NCBI GenBank assembly: GCA_041622995.1
Contig: JBFJXR010000001.1
Coordinates: 104,026-168,025, forward strand
DNA length: 64,000 nucleotides
Origin: Nevskiales bacterium
Lineage (GTDB): Bacteria > Pseudomonadota > Gammaproteobacteria > Nevskiales > CAJXLF01
Direction: 5' to 3'
Below, piece after piece: positions 11,600 through 21,772 of the stretch (its first letter is position 1; each line of letters begins with the position of its first letter). The notes under the pieces are model-generated. The model searched no databases, was not told where the DNA came from, and was given only the letters and a program-made list of their open reading frames with translations. The position numbers and the translations under genes are program-made.

Positions 11600-12586
11600 T
11601 TGAAGATTATGGAAAACCTCGACGCAGAAGAACTCATCAATATCGGCCAACGTGTTTTGACGGCAGAATCAGAAGCTATTCACGATCTGCATACACGCCT
11701 TAATGATGAATTCGTTGAAGCCTGCCGCATCATGTTCCGCTGTACAGGACGCGTGGTAGTCACCGGCATGGGGAAATCGGGTCATATTGCCGGCAAGGTC
11801 GCCGCAACGCTCGCAAGTACCGGCACACCGGCATTTTTTGTTCATCCGGGTGAAGCCAACCATGGCGACCTAGGCATGATTGTTGATCGTGATGTTGTGC
11901 TGGCGCTCTCCAATTCAGGCGAAACAGGCGAGGTCCTGACCATACTACCAGTCATTAAGCGTATGGCCGTTCCTATGATAGCCATGACAGGCCGTCCGGA
12001 CTCCACACTGGCGCGTGCTGCAGATGTGCATCTTGATGTTTCCGTATCACGTGAGGCATGCCCACTTGATCTGGCACCCACATCAAGCACTACTGCCTGC
12101 CTTGCCATGGGCGATGCGTTGGCCATAGCCTTGCTGGAATCACGCAAATTTACCGAAGAAGATTTCGCACTCTCACACCCCGGGGGCGCATTGGGCCGTC
12201 GGCTGTTACTGAGAATTTCTGACATCATGCATACGGGCCCGAGAATTCCCAGAGTCGGACTAGGCAGCACCCTGCGCGAAGCCCTGATGGAAATGACCGA
12301 CAAGGGCCTGGGCCTTACTACCATTATGGATGGCGATGCTTTCGCTGGAATTTTTACTGATGGTGATTTGCGTCGCGCTCTGGACGGGCCTGTCGATGTG
12401 CACCAGAAAATCATTGATGATGTCATGACACGAGGTGGCACCAAGGCCACGCCTGACATGCTGGCCTCTGAAGCACTGCATCTGATGGAAACCCAGAAGA
12501 TCAACGCCATGCCCGTTCTGGACGACAACGGGAAACTGGTAGGTGTCTTCAATATGCACGACCTGTTACGTGCCGGGGTCGTATAG
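11600..12586 (+). CDS. kdsD: arabinose-5-phosphate isomerase
   Basis: A SIS domain (GMGKSGHIAGKVAATLASTGTPAFF) plus tandem CBS domains. The track uses a TTG start at 11600; an alternative ATG is at 11609. Confidence 0.9.
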   Translation: MKIMENLDAEELINIGQRVLTAESEAIHDLHTRLNDEFVEACRIMFRCTGRVVVTGMGKSGHIAGKVAATLASTGTPAFFVHPGEANHGDLGMIVDRDVVLALSNSGETGEVLTILPVIKRMAVPMIAMTGRPDSTLARAADVHLDVSVSREACPLDLAPTSSTTACLAMGDALAIALLESRKFTEEDFALSHPGGALGRRLLLRISDIMHTGPRIPRVGLGSTLREALMEMTDKGLGLTTIMDGDAFAGIFTDGDLRRALDGPVDVHQKIIDDVMTRGGTKATPDMLASEALHLMETQKINAMPVLDDNGKLVGVFNMHDLLRAGVV

Positions 12587-12594
12587 GAATTCAA

Positions 12595-13095
12595 ATGAGC
12601 GCAATACTGCAACGAGCCATTGAATTGAAACTCGCCCTGTTTGATATCGATGGCGTATTGACTGATGGCAAGCTCTACATCGGCCCCGGTGGTCAGGAAT
12701 TCAAGGCGGTGAACGTTAAGGACGGCCATGGTCTGAAACAGTTACAGCGATCCGGTGTACAGCTTGGCGTTATCAGCGGTCGCCCGTCAGAAGCCATGGA
12801 ATACCGGCTGAAAGATCTTGGCTTTGATCATGTGTTTCTGGCAATAGAGAACAAATTGCCTGTTTTCGAGAAACTGCTTAATGACCTCGATATTACGGCT
12901 GATCAGTGCAGCTTTATGGGTGATGACGAGCCCGACCTGCCACTGATGTCACGGGCCGGACTGGCACTCGCACCGGTTGATGCCATGCCCGTAGTCATTG
13001 AAGCTGCCGACTGGACCAGCACCTTGCCGGCCGGCAGCGGCGCTGTACGGCAGGCATGTGACTGGATAGTCAAAGCACGTAACGGCAACACCTGA
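12595..13095 (+). CDS. kdsC: 3-deoxy-D-manno-octulosonate 8-phosphate phosphatase
   Basis: 166-aa HAD-type protein with FDIDGVLTDG and GDDEPDLP motifs. It follows kdsD. Confidence 0.9.
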   Translation: MSAILQRAIELKLALFDIDGVLTDGKLYIGPGGQEFKAVNVKDGHGLKQLQRSGVQLGVISGRPSEAMEYRLKDLGFDHVFLAIENKLPVFEKLLNDLDITADQCSFMGDDEPDLPLMSRAGLALAPVDAMPVVIEAADWTSTLPAGSGAVRQACDWIVKARNGNT

Positions 13096-13099
13096 ATTT

Positions 13100-13666
13100 A
13101 TGTTTGACCGCCTGACGCTGATCCTGAACTGGTCTTTAATTCCACTACTGATAATAGGCATCACGGTCACCCTTAGCCTGCAACTCGAAGAAACAAGTGA
13201 AAAAAGCGAAAGAAGCGCCCCCCCTGAACGCGCGGATTACTTCATCAGGGGTGCAAGACTCAGCACACTGGGCCTGAACGGAAAGCTCCTTTACCAGATA
13301 CAGGCCGAGGAAATCCTGCACTACCCTGACCGCTCTGCTGCCATGACTGATATGACCTTGCACTACCAGGGCGGCAGTGCCGGAATATGGCAACTACATG
13401 CGGGTAGTGGACGAATCCCTCCTGACGGTGGAAAACTTGAGCTTCAGGGCGATGTTGTCATCCGGGGTCAACGCCCTAACGAAGGTATTACGCAAATGAA
13501 AATGTCCGAAGTCCAACTCTTTCCGGAAAAAGGCATCCTGCTTACAGAATCTGCGGTATCCATCATTGAGCCGGGCTCATTAATCACCGCTGTCGGCATG
13601 GAGGCTGATATATTAAGGGATATAATTTCCCTTTCCAAGGATGTTCAGGTCCAATATGCCTGGTAA
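13100..13666 (+). CDS. lptC: LPS export protein LptC
   Basis: 188 aa with a single N-terminal TM anchor. Size and position between kdsC and lptA fit LptC. The sequence itself is weakly diagnostic. Confidence 0.75.
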   Translation: MFDRLTLILNWSLIPLLIIGITVTLSLQLEETSEKSERSAPPERADYFIRGARLSTLGLNGKLLYQIQAEEILHYPDRSAAMTDMTLHYQGGSAGIWQLHAGSGRIPPDGGKLELQGDVVIRGQRPNEGITQMKMSEVQLFPEKGILLTESAVSIIEPGSLITAVGMEADILRDIISLSKDVQVQYAW

Positions 13667-14165
13667 GAAACCACGCCTTAAAATGGCACAACTTTTTGTT
13701 TCCATTGCTGTTTTTGCACTGTGCAACCAGGCAATGGCCGTCAGCCGTGACGATCCAATTAATATTGAAGCCGACAGCGCAGAACTCAAGGAAGATTTCA
13801 GCGTTTACACTGGTAGCGTGCGCCTGACACAGGGCGGCATGCTGCTACAGGGCGACCGTCTTGTAGTGCGCAAGGGCAATGGCGGCAATTTTTCACTGAG
13901 CCTCAGCGGACATCCTGCCAGCATTTTCCAGCCACCGGAAGCAAAAGGCGGCGAACCCATACGCGGTCGTGCCAACAAGATTGACTACGGGTCCGGTCAG
14001 GAAATTCTTGAGCTACGGGGCAATGCCACAATTGATCGTGGTGGCGAAAAAATTTCGGGCGAAAGCATCCGCTACAACGTCAAGGCAAGACGCACCATGG
14101 TCAATAATGGCGGCTCCAAAAACGGCAGCGGGCGTGTAAAAATTACCTTGCAACCCGGCAAATAA
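13641..14165 (+). CDS. lptA: LPS export periplasmic protein LptA
   Basis: It has a signal peptide (...[11 protein letters not shown]) and an OstA-like body, and sits between lptC and lptB. A more likely start is the ATG at 13656 or 13683. Confidence 0.8.
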   Translation: MFRSNMPGKKPRLKMAQLFVSIAVFALCNQAMAVSRDDPINIEADSAELKEDFSVYTGSVRLTQGGMLLQGDRLVVRKGNGGNFSLSLSGHPASIFQPPEAKGGEPIRGRANKIDYGSGQEILELRGNATIDRGGEKISGESIRYNVKARRTMVNNGGSKNGSGRVKITLQPGK

Positions 14166-14193
14166 CTCTACAATCAATTGTCATCACGACGCC

Positions 14194-14946
14194 TTGGAAA
14201 ACTCATTGGAGAATGGTTTGGGACTGACACTTAAAGCCGAAGGACTGGTTAAACGCTATAAGAAACGACCGGTTGTCAATGGCGTATCCCTGAGTGTCAG
14301 TAGCGGAGAAGTCGTCGGACTTCTGGGGCCAAACGGTGCCGGGAAAACCACTAGCTTTTACATGATCGTGGGGCTTATCCCTGCGGATGAAGGCCGCATA
14401 GAACTGGGCGACAAGGAACTGACCGCATTACCGATGCACCGACGTGCCAGACTGGGCCTGGGTTACCTTCCCCAGGAAGCATCGGTTTTTCGCAAACTGT
14501 CCGTAGAAGACAACATCCTGGCTGTTCTGGAAACCCGAAAGGATCTGGATCATGATGCCCGTCACAATACATTGCAGGAATTGCTGGGCGAATTGCATAT
14601 AGATCACATTCGCAGAAACGAGGGCGTCAGCCTGTCAGGTGGGGAAAGAAGACGCGTGGAAATTGCGCGAGCACTGGCCTCCAACCCGAAATTTGTACTT
14701 CTGGATGAACCATTTGCTGGCGTAGACCCAATTGCTGTTGGCGATATCCAGGAGATTATCAATCACCTGACAGCACGCGATATTGGTGTGCTGATCACTG
14801 ACCACAATGTTCGTGAGACCCTTGGCATATGCTCGCGCGCATACATCCTTAGTGAAGGCAAAGTCATAGCTGAAGGCGGACGTGAAGAAATTTTGAGCAA
14901 TGAACATGCACGACGCGTTTATCTCGGCGAAGATTTTCGCATGTAA
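14194..14946 (+). CDS. lptB: LPS export ABC transporter ATPase LptB
   Basis: 250 aa with a TTG start, Walker [10 protein letters not shown], signature LSGGERRR and Walker [10 protein letters not shown]. Confidence 0.95.
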   Translation: MENSLENGLGLTLKAEGLVKRYKKRPVVNGVSLSVSSGEVVGLLGPNGAGKTTSFYMIVGLIPADEGRIELGDKELTALPMHRRARLGLGYLPQEASVFRKLSVEDNILAVLETRKDLDHDARHNTLQELLGELHIDHIRRNEGVSLSGGERRRVEIARALASNPKFVLLDEPFAGVDPIAVGDIQEIINHLTARDIGVLITDHNVRETLGICSRAYILSEGKVIAEGGREEILSNEHARRVYLGEDFRM

Positions 14947-14960
14947 GCGCCAGCATTCGC

Positions 14961-16403
14961 ATGGCATTCAAACAGTCTTTAAACCTTGGCCTTGGTCAGC
15001 ATCTGACCATGACGCCTGCGTTACAGCAGGCAATTCGTCTTCTTCAGCTTTCCACCCTCGACCTGAAGCAGGAAATCACCGAAGCACTTGAAAGCAACAT
15101 GATGCTTGAACGACCGGATGATGGTCTGGACAGCACCCCAGGGGATGAAGACGAGTCGTCAGAATTTGCAACTGAGAACAAAGATTCGGACGATATCCCA
15201 GAAGAATTGCCGGTCGATGCTGAATGGGATGACGTGTTCGACATGCCCTCTACTGCTGGCAAAAATGGCCCGGACCAGGAAGCCATCGATTTCAGACAGG
15301 CCAGCATGCATAACGAACCCAGCCTGCGCGAACATCTGCAATGGCAGGCTGACGTGCATGGTTTCACGGCAGAAGAAAAAGAAATTGCCGCCAATATTAT
15401 TGATGCAATAAACGACGATGGCTACCTCGTAGACTGGCCATCCATAGACACCCGACTTCAGGAAATAGACGGCCTGAATGGCGATAACATTCAGAAAACA
15501 TTAAAAGCCATCCAGGATTTTGACCCGCCCGGTATTGCGGCACGCAACCCTGCTGAGTGCCTGAGTATTCAATTACGGCAATTGCCTGCCAATATGCGCG
15601 GATGTGTGGATGCACTACTCATCATTGAAAACGGATTACTGCACTTTCTAGCCGAAAAAAAGCTGGGGGCTATCAAGCAGCAACTGGATATCGAGGATGA
15701 CCAACTAGAATCCGCTATTCAGCTGATTCAATCCCTTAACCCCAGGCCCGGGAGCAGCTATGCGAATACTGACTCCAGTTATGTCGTACCCGAAGTATTT
15801 GTTACAAAGCGCCAGTCACGATGGATTGTCAGTCTTAATCCGGAAATCGCGCCAAAATTGCGCATCAACAATTATTACCAGGGATTAATCAAACGCGCAG
15901 ATCAAAGCAAAGAACAGCAAACGCTAAAAAATCACCTGCAGGAAGCACGTTATTTCCTGAATAGCCTGAAAAGCCGTAATGAAACTTTATTACGTGTTGC
16001 GCAATCAATAGTTGAAGAACAGCGCGCTTTCATGGATTATGGAGATGAAGCTATGAAGCCAATGATATTGCGTGATATTGCAGAGCGGCTCGGGATGCAC
16101 GAATCAACCGTATCCCGCGCGACTGCACACAAGTACATGCATACCCCCCGCGGGCTGTTCGAACTCAAATATTTCTTTTCAAGTCATGTATCTACGACCA
16201 GTGGCGGCACCTGCTCGGCCACGGCGATACAGGCCATGATCAAACGTCACATAAACAACGAAGCCTCGGGCAAACCGCTGAGTGACAGTCGTCTGGCTCA
16301 ACTTCTGCTTGATGAAGGCGTACAGGTTGCGCGTCGCACTGTCGCAAAATATCGAGAAGCAATGAATATCCCACCTTCCCATGAACGGAAAAGGCTCGCA
16401 TGA
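14961..16403 (+). CDS. rpoN: RNA polymerase sigma-54 factor
   Basis: 480 aa with a Gln/Leu-rich region I (LTMTPALQQAIRLLQLSTLDL), an acidic region II and the RpoN box ARRTVAKYR. Confidence 0.97.
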   Translation: MAFKQSLNLGLGQHLTMTPALQQAIRLLQLSTLDLKQEITEALESNMMLERPDDGLDSTPGDEDESSEFATENKDSDDIPEELPVDAEWDDVFDMPSTAGKNGPDQEAIDFRQASMHNEPSLREHLQWQADVHGFTAEEKEIAANIIDAINDDGYLVDWPSIDTRLQEIDGLNGDNIQKTLKAIQDFDPPGIAARNPAECLSIQLRQLPANMRGCVDALLIIENGLLHFLAEKKLGAIKQQLDIEDDQLESAIQLIQSLNPRPGSSYANTDSSYVVPEVFVTKRQSRWIVSLNPEIAPKLRINNYYQGLIKRADQSKEQQTLKNHLQEARYFLNSLKSRNETLLRVAQSIVEEQRAFMDYGDEAMKPMILRDIAERLGMHESTVSRATAHKYMHTPRGLFELKYFFSSHVSTTSGGTCSATAIQAMIKRHINNEASGKPLSDSRLAQLLLDEGVQVARRTVAKYREAMNIPPSHERKRLA

Positions 16404-16435
16404 GCTAATTCCCCAACAATACCCAGGAGTGCCTA

Positions 16436-16765
16436 ATGAACTTAAATATCCAAGGTCACCACATCGACATCACCGATGCACTTCGTAATTTTATTTCAGG
16501 TAAAATTGAACGACTTTCACGTCATATGGACGACCTGATAGACGTGAATGTGATCCTGTCGGTGAACAAACATGAACACAAGGCAGAAGCCCGAATTCAT
16601 GTCAGTGGTGCTGATATGTTCGCAGAATGTATAGAACAGGATATGTATGTAGCGATCGACGGCCTGATAGACAAACTGGATCGCCAGATCAATAAGCACA
16701 ATGGCAAACGGCATGACCACCATCAACAAGAGGCGCATAAGTCTGGTTTGTCATTGCAGCAGTAA
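16436..16765 (+). CDS. hpf: ribosome hibernation promoting factor
   Basis: 109 aa, starting MNLNIQGHHIDITDALRNFI..., in the conserved position after rpoN. Confidence 0.9.
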   Translation: MNLNIQGHHIDITDALRNFISGKIERLSRHMDDLIDVNVILSVNKHEHKAEARIHVSGADMFAECIEQDMYVAIDGLIDKLDRQINKHNGKRHDHHQQEAHKSGLSLQQ

Positions 16766-16794
16766 CATCGACTGACTTCAGGTCAGAGTATTAC

Positions 16795-16825
16795 GCGGCG
16801 GGGATTTCCCCGCCGCATTTAGTTT
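16795..16825 (+). terminator. GC-rich hairpin with a T-rich tail between hpf and ptsN (terminator or attenuator)
   Basis: GCGGCGGGG-ATTT-CCCCGCCGC is a 9-bp perfect stem at 16795-16816, followed by ATTTAGTTT. Confidence 0.5.
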
Positions 16826-16835
16826 AGGAAAGACA

Positions 16836-17309
16836 ATGAACATCGTTGATTTAATTACCGCAGAACGCGTAGAACTACGCCATGACATACGTAGCAAGAA
16901 ACGCGCACTGGAAGACCTTAGCAACCTGCTGGCCAAGGCCAGTGGCAACCAGCTTGATAATGTTATTTTTACCAGCCTGATCAATCGGGAAAAACTAGGG
17001 AGTACCGGCCTTGGTCAGGGCGTTGCCATCCCGCACGGACGGGTGCGAGGCATTGATTCAACAATAGGTGCATTTATGCGCCTCGGACAAGGCGTGGATT
17101 ACGAAGCCAATGACGGCCAGCCTGCCGACCTCATTTTTGGCCTCATGGTGCCTGAAGACTGCACTGAAGAGCATCTTGAAATACTCAGAATGCTTGCCGA
17201 GATGTTTACCAACGACGAATTCATTGCCAAACTTCGCAAGGCTGAAAGCAGCGAGGAACTCTACAATCTGCTTGCCGGGTACACCCCGCCTACCGCTGAC
17301 GCCGCTTAA
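16836..17309 (+). CDS. ptsN: PTS IIA-like nitrogen regulatory protein PtsN (EIIA-Ntr)
   Basis: 157 aa with the phospho-His context GQGVAIPHGR. It is in the conserved rpoN-operon position. Confidence 0.9.
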   Translation: MNIVDLITAERVELRHDIRSKKRALEDLSNLLAKASGNQLDNVIFTSLINREKLGSTGLGQGVAIPHGRVRGIDSTIGAFMRLGQGVDYEANDGQPADLIFGLMVPEDCTEEHLEILRMLAEMFTNDEFIAKLRKAESSEELYNLLAGYTPPTADAA

Positions 17310-17336
17310 GCTCAATCGCAACTGACCTACCGCACC

Positions 17337-18308
17337 ATGCCCAAAAGACTGACCGTCAATGAATTAACGACGCGTCTGGGCGAATCCTGTTTACTGCACA
17401 CGCTGGACAGCATTCCTGAATCTGATACCGGAATGAATAACCCGATTGGCGGCGCCCGACGTCAGGATCGCCCCATTCCTTTGACGGGTTATCTTAATTT
17501 CGTTCATCCACCCCAGGTACAGGTAGTCGGTGCTGCCGAAATCGAATACATCCATGATATGGATGAGTCTCGCATGGCGAGGAATCTGACCGCCATGAAA
17601 GAACATCAGACGGCAGTAGTCATTGTCGCTGAGAGCCTGAAACTGCCGGAGTCTTTTTTACATGGCCTGGGCTCAGCAGGCATTGCTGTGCTGGGTACAG
17701 ACATTCCCGGTCATAAACTGCTCTATCGTCTACGCCACTTTTTAAGCGATTCTCTGGCGCCACAGATGACCTTGCATGGCGTTTTTCTCGAAATATTTGG
17801 CATAGGCATACTCATAACCGGCAAGAGCGGCATAGGCAAAAGCGAACTGGCACTGGAACTCATCAGTCGTGGGCACAGACTGGTTGCTGACGACGCCCCG
17901 GAATTTTCACGGCAGGCACCTGACTGGATCAGCGGCAGTTCTCCGGAAGTTCTGCGTAACTTCCTGGAAGTACGCGGCCTTGGCATACTGGATGTACGTG
18001 CCATGTTCGGCCAAAGCGCCGTTAGACAGCAAAAGAAACTCGAATTGGTCATTCAGCTTGTGCCGACCCGGGAAGGCCAGCACCTGCCTCATGCCGAGCG
18101 TCTGGCCGGTAGCCGAACGACCCAGGAAGTACTGGAAGTATTGATTCCAAAGATATCCATTCCGGTAGTCCCTGGTCATAATCTTGGCGTACTGGTTGAA
18201 GCCGCCTGTCGAGACCACATTCTACGGGAACAGGGATACGCGGCTGACGAGGTATTTTCCAAAAGACAGATGCAGGCCATGCAATCCGATTTAAAGGATC
18301 AAAAATGA
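17337..18308 (+). CDS. hprK: HPr kinase/phosphorylase
   Basis: 323 aa with the P-loop GKSGIGKSELALEL and the signature LEVRGLGILDV. Confidence 0.85.
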   Translation: MPKRLTVNELTTRLGESCLLHTLDSIPESDTGMNNPIGGARRQDRPIPLTGYLNFVHPPQVQVVGAAEIEYIHDMDESRMARNLTAMKEHQTAVVIVAESLKLPESFLHGLGSAGIAVLGTDIPGHKLLYRLRHFLSDSLAPQMTLHGVFLEIFGIGILITGKSGIGKSELALELISRGHRLVADDAPEFSRQAPDWISGSSPEVLRNFLEVRGLGILDVRAMFGQSAVRQQKKLELVIQLVPTREGQHLPHAERLAGSRTTQEVLEVLIPKISIPVVPGHNLGVLVEAACRDHILREQGYAADEVFSKRQMQAMQSDLKDQK

Positions 18309-19162
18309 AAATCATAGTTGTCAGCGGACTCTCTGGCTCAGGCAAGAGTGTGGCCCTGGCCATGCTTGAGGATCTCGATTACTACTGCATCGACAACCTT
18401 CCTTTACCCTTGCTTGCTTCAATTACACCCGAGACCTTGCAATTGCGAGATGAGGAATTCCCTCTATTGGCGGTCGGTATTGATGCACGTTCACGCTCCG
18501 GCGACATTGCCATCTTTCCCAAGCGTATTCAGGAGCTAAAAGATGCAGGTCTCGATATCGAAGTGGTCTACTTCGAGGCCGACCGTGATGTCATTCTTCG
18601 GCGTTATAGCGAAACGCGACGCAAACATCCGCTCACAGATGCTGACACCCCTCTGGCTGAAGCCATTGAGCGGGAACGCAAACTGCTAAAACCAATCGCC
18701 GATAATGCCGATCATATTGTCGACACCAGTCGAACAAATATTCATCAGTTACGCGAAATAATTCGCAACCACCTACAAGGGCGGGACAGTGATGGACTGT
18801 CATTATTATTTCAGTCCTTCGGGTTCAAATATGGAATGCCGGAAGGCGTTGATTTTGTCTTCGATGTGCGTTGCCTTCCCAACCCGCACTGGCAGGCAGG
18901 ATTACGAGAACAAACCGGCCGTGACGAAGGTGTAAAGAAATTTCTGGAAGCCGAAGAAGACACCGGCAACATGCTTCATGACATCACAAGATTTCTGGAA
19001 ACCTGGCTTCCTAAATATCAGGCCGAGAATCGTGCCTATGTTACCGTCGCCATTGGCTGTACCGGGGGCAAACACAGGTCCGTCTATCTCGTTGAAAAAC
19101 TGGCAGAATACTTTCGTAAAAGGTATCCGCGAACCATTCTGCGGCATACTGAACTACCCTGA
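18305..19162 (+). CDS. rapZ: RNase adapter protein RapZ (YhbJ)
   Basis: 285 aa with the N-terminal P-loop GLSGSGKS and C-terminal CTGGKHRSV. It overlaps the hprK stop by 4 nt. Confidence 0.92.
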   Translation: MKIIVVSGLSGSGKSVALAMLEDLDYYCIDNLPLPLLASITPETLQLRDEEFPLLAVGIDARSRSGDIAIFPKRIQELKDAGLDIEVVYFEADRDVILRRYSETRRKHPLTDADTPLAEAIERERKLLKPIADNADHIVDTSRTNIHQLREIIRNHLQGRDSDGLSLLFQSFGFKYGMPEGVDFVFDVRCLPNPHWQAGLREQTGRDEGVKKFLEAEEDTGNMLHDITRFLETWLPKYQAENRAYVTVAIGCTGGKHRSVYLVEKLAEYFRKRYPRTILRHTELP

Positions 19163-19183
19163 CATTAAGGAAATAACGGAATC

Positions 19184-19579
19184 ATGGCCGTAGCCGTCTT
19201 ACTCGTTACCCACGGACAGTTGGGCAAACATCTGGTAGAAACCGTAACTGAAATGATCGGCAGCACACCGCTGGCTATAGATGTCGTCGATATACATCGC
19301 GGACAGGACCCTGATGAGATGGTTTCTGCAGCGATATCCAAAGCCAGCGCGATGGACGACGGAGACGGTGTCCTCATGATTACAGATGCATTTGGCTCAA
19401 CCCCCAGCAATATCGCCATGCGTGCAGCCAGAGAAACCAATGCCCGTGTGGTTGCAGGCCTGAACCTGCCGATGCTGGTACGAATATTCAATTACCCGGA
19501 TCTCGAACTTGAAGCCATGACCCAGGGTGTGGTCAAGGGTGGGCGTCAAGGCATCCTGGCCGCAGATTCCAACGAGTAA
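19184..19579 (+). CDS. PTS EIIA component, mannose/fructose family
   Basis: 131 aa, with the N-terminal VAVLLVTHGQLG carrying the His of EIIA(Man)-type proteins. Confidence 0.8.
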   Translation: MAVAVLLVTHGQLGKHLVETVTEMIGSTPLAIDVVDIHRGQDPDEMVSAAISKASAMDDGDGVLMITDAFGSTPSNIAMRAARETNARVVAGLNLPMLVRIFNYPDLELEAMTQGVVKGGRQGILAADSNE

Positions 19580-19592
19580 TCAGAGATAAAAA

Positions 19593-19865
19593 ATGGCTAT
19601 AGAACGCGAAGTCAGCATCATCAATAAACTCGGGCTCCATGCCCGGGCTGCAGCCAAACTGGTGACAGAGGCTGCCCACTTCGAATGCGATATTCGTATC
19701 AGCAAAGGCTCACGTGAAGTGAGTGGCAAAAGCATCATGGGTGTGATGATGCTCGCCGCAGCCAAGGGCTCCACCCTTAAAATAACTGCCGAAGGTGATG
19801 ATGCAGACGTCGCGCTCAATGCACTAGAAGCCCTCATTGCCAGACGCTTTGATGAAGATGAGTGA
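19593..19865 (+). CDS. ptsH: phosphocarrier protein HPr
   Basis: 90 aa with the His-15 context NKLGLHARAA and the Ser-46 context SGKSIMGVM. Confidence 0.9.
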   Translation: MAIEREVSIINKLGLHARAAAKLVTEAAHFECDIRISKGSREVSGKSIMGVMMLAAAKGSTLKITAEGDDADVALNALEALIARRFDEDE

Positions 19866-19904
19866 CAATCCGGTTATCAAGGCAGCAGAAACGGGGTCAG
19901 ACAG

Positions 19905-21650
19905 ATGAGTCTATGGTTGTCCGGCATTGGCGTATCACGTGGCGTCATTATTGGCCGTGTACACAAAATCCATAGCGGCGACCTCGACATACCCGAATCA
20001 GAAATCAGCGCTGAACAGGTTGAGGCTGAATGCAGGCGGTTTAGAGACGGCCTGGATCAGGCAAAACAGCAACTGCGTGATATACGGGAACAAATACCCA
20101 AGAGCGCGCCTGCCGACATAGCCGCATTTATTGATACGCACCTGTTAATGATGCAGGACAGCGCCATGTCCGATGCAGTTGAGGTGCTGATTGCGGAAAG
20201 AAACTGTAATGCTGAATGGGCACTGAAATTACAACGTGACAGTCTTATCGCGGTATTCGATCAGATGGAAGACGCCTACCTGCGTACACGTCGTGACGAT
20301 GTCGAGCACGTCACGCAGCGAATTCAACGCATCCTTTTAAAGCAGGATCGCCCGCTGAATGCTCCCAAGGGAAAGAATACTGTCCCTGCAGTGGTTGTCG
20401 CTGATGATATAACGCCGGCAGACATCATCATTCTTCATCAGCAAGGCGTTGCTGCCTATATAACCGAATTCGGCGGCCCACTTTCCCATACCGCCATTCT
20501 TGCGCGCAGCCTGGGTATTCCGGCAATTGTCGGACTGCACCACGCACGTCGACTTCTGACTGACGATGAAGAAATTATTCTCGACGGTGAACAGGGTCAT
20601 GCCATTGCACAACCCGATGCAGAAGCACGCGCCTTCTACAAGCGTCGACAAGAAAGGGATGCCCGCTATCGGCGCATGTTGTCACGCCTCAAGAAAGAGG
20701 CGGCCATTTCCACGGATGGCCAGAAAATTACGCTGGTCGCCAATATTGAATTACCAGAAGACAGCAAGGCCGCCCATGAAGTCGGCGCCGAGGGTGTCGG
20801 CCTTTACCGTACTGAATTCCTCTACATGAACCGCGAGAAAATGCCGGATGAGGATGAACAATACGAGGCCTATCAACGCGTTGTGACAGCGGCCCACGGC
20901 CCGGTCACCATTCGTACGCTTGATCTGGGTGCAGACAAACAGATCGACAGCGGCCGCAGTCATACCGGCCCGACACCCAGCAATCCGGCCCTTGGGTTGA
21001 GAGCCATCCGTTTATGCCTGAAAGAAGTCGATATGTTTCGCGTGCAATTAAGGGCTCTGCTGCGTGCATCGGCTCTGGGCCCCATGCGCATAATGTTGCC
21101 AATGATTTCCAACCTTCAGGAATTACGTCAGGCAAGACATCTGATTGAGGAAATGAAATCCGAGCTAACCGCAGAAGGCATCGCATTTGATGCAGACGTC
21201 CCGGTGGGCGCCATGATTGAAGTGCCAGCGGCCGCATTGGCGGCGCCCATGCTGGCTCGTTATGCCGATTTCTTTTCCATCGGTACCAATGACCTTATCC
21301 AGTACAGCCTGGCAATCGACCGTGTCGATGATGAGGTCAACTACCTGTACGACCCATTACATCCTGCAGTACTGAACCTGATTCACATGAGTATTACCAG
21401 CGGTGCTGCAGCCAATATCCCGGTCTCGATGTGCGGTGAGATGGCCTCGGACCCACGCTACACGCGTTTACTGCTGGGGCTCGGGCTGACTGAATTCAGT
21501 ATGCATCCTTCCAGCATTCTGGAAGTCAAGCGCATCATCATGCAAAGTGATATCAGCCAGTTGCGCACCCAGGCACAGGCCATACTTGGCAGCCATGATG
21601 CGGATGAAATTCATGAAATGATTACAGCACTGGGTAACGGCCAGCATTGA
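19905..21650 (+). CDS. ptsI: phosphoenolpyruvate-protein phosphotransferase (Enzyme I)
   Basis: 581 aa with the phospho-His context GGPLSHTAILARSLGIPA and a PEP-utilizing C-terminal domain. There is no N-terminal GAF domain. Confidence 0.92.
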   Translation: MSLWLSGIGVSRGVIIGRVHKIHSGDLDIPESEISAEQVEAECRRFRDGLDQAKQQLRDIREQIPKSAPADIAAFIDTHLLMMQDSAMSDAVEVLIAERNCNAEWALKLQRDSLIAVFDQMEDAYLRTRRDDVEHVTQRIQRILLKQDRPLNAPKGKNTVPAVVVADDITPADIIILHQQGVAAYITEFGGPLSHTAILARSLGIPAIVGLHHARRLLTDDEEIILDGEQGHAIAQPDAEARAFYKRRQERDARYRRMLSRLKKEAAISTDGQKITLVANIELPEDSKAAHEVGAEGVGLYRTEFLYMNREKMPDEDEQYEAYQRVVTAAHGPVTIRTLDLGADKQIDSGRSHTGPTPSNPALGLRAIRLCLKEVDMFRVQLRALLRASALGPMRIMLPMISNLQELRQARHLIEEMKSELTAEGIAFDADVPVGAMIEVPAAALAAPMLARYADFFSIGTNDLIQYSLAIDRVDDEVNYLYDPLHPAVLNLIHMSITSGAAANIPVSMCGEMASDPRYTRLLLGLGLTEFSMHPSSILEVKRIIMQSDISQLRTQAQAILGSHDADEIHEMITALGNGQH

Positions 21651-21772
21651 TTGCGCTGAATATACTGGGACCATTCCCGAAAGCCCAATAAGAACAATAG
21701 CTTAAATTATATAAATGGACGTGCAGCCACTAAGCAGGTAACTTTGCTGCGATTCCAGACAGGACAGGCAGC

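Noticed and set aside
11842-12729. A long antisense ORF (295 aa) opposite kdsD. Similar ones lie at 22492..23076 (opposite mgtE), 10949..11434 (opposite yrbG), 4821..5459 (opposite hisC/hisD), 2639..3235 (opposite petB) and 49390..50001 (opposite the kinase).
   Set aside because: Each one lies opposite a gene with strong, motif-level family identity. Their translations are low-complexity (Ser/Arg/Pro/Ala-rich) with no recognisable motifs. They are typical shadow ORFs, not overlapping genes.
21651-21772. A possible Mg2+-sensing riboswitch (M-box) leader in front of mgtE.
   Set aside because: The spacer is only 122 nt, shorter than the M-box aptamer plus expression platform. I could not draw the multi-helix structure or see its conserved segments.
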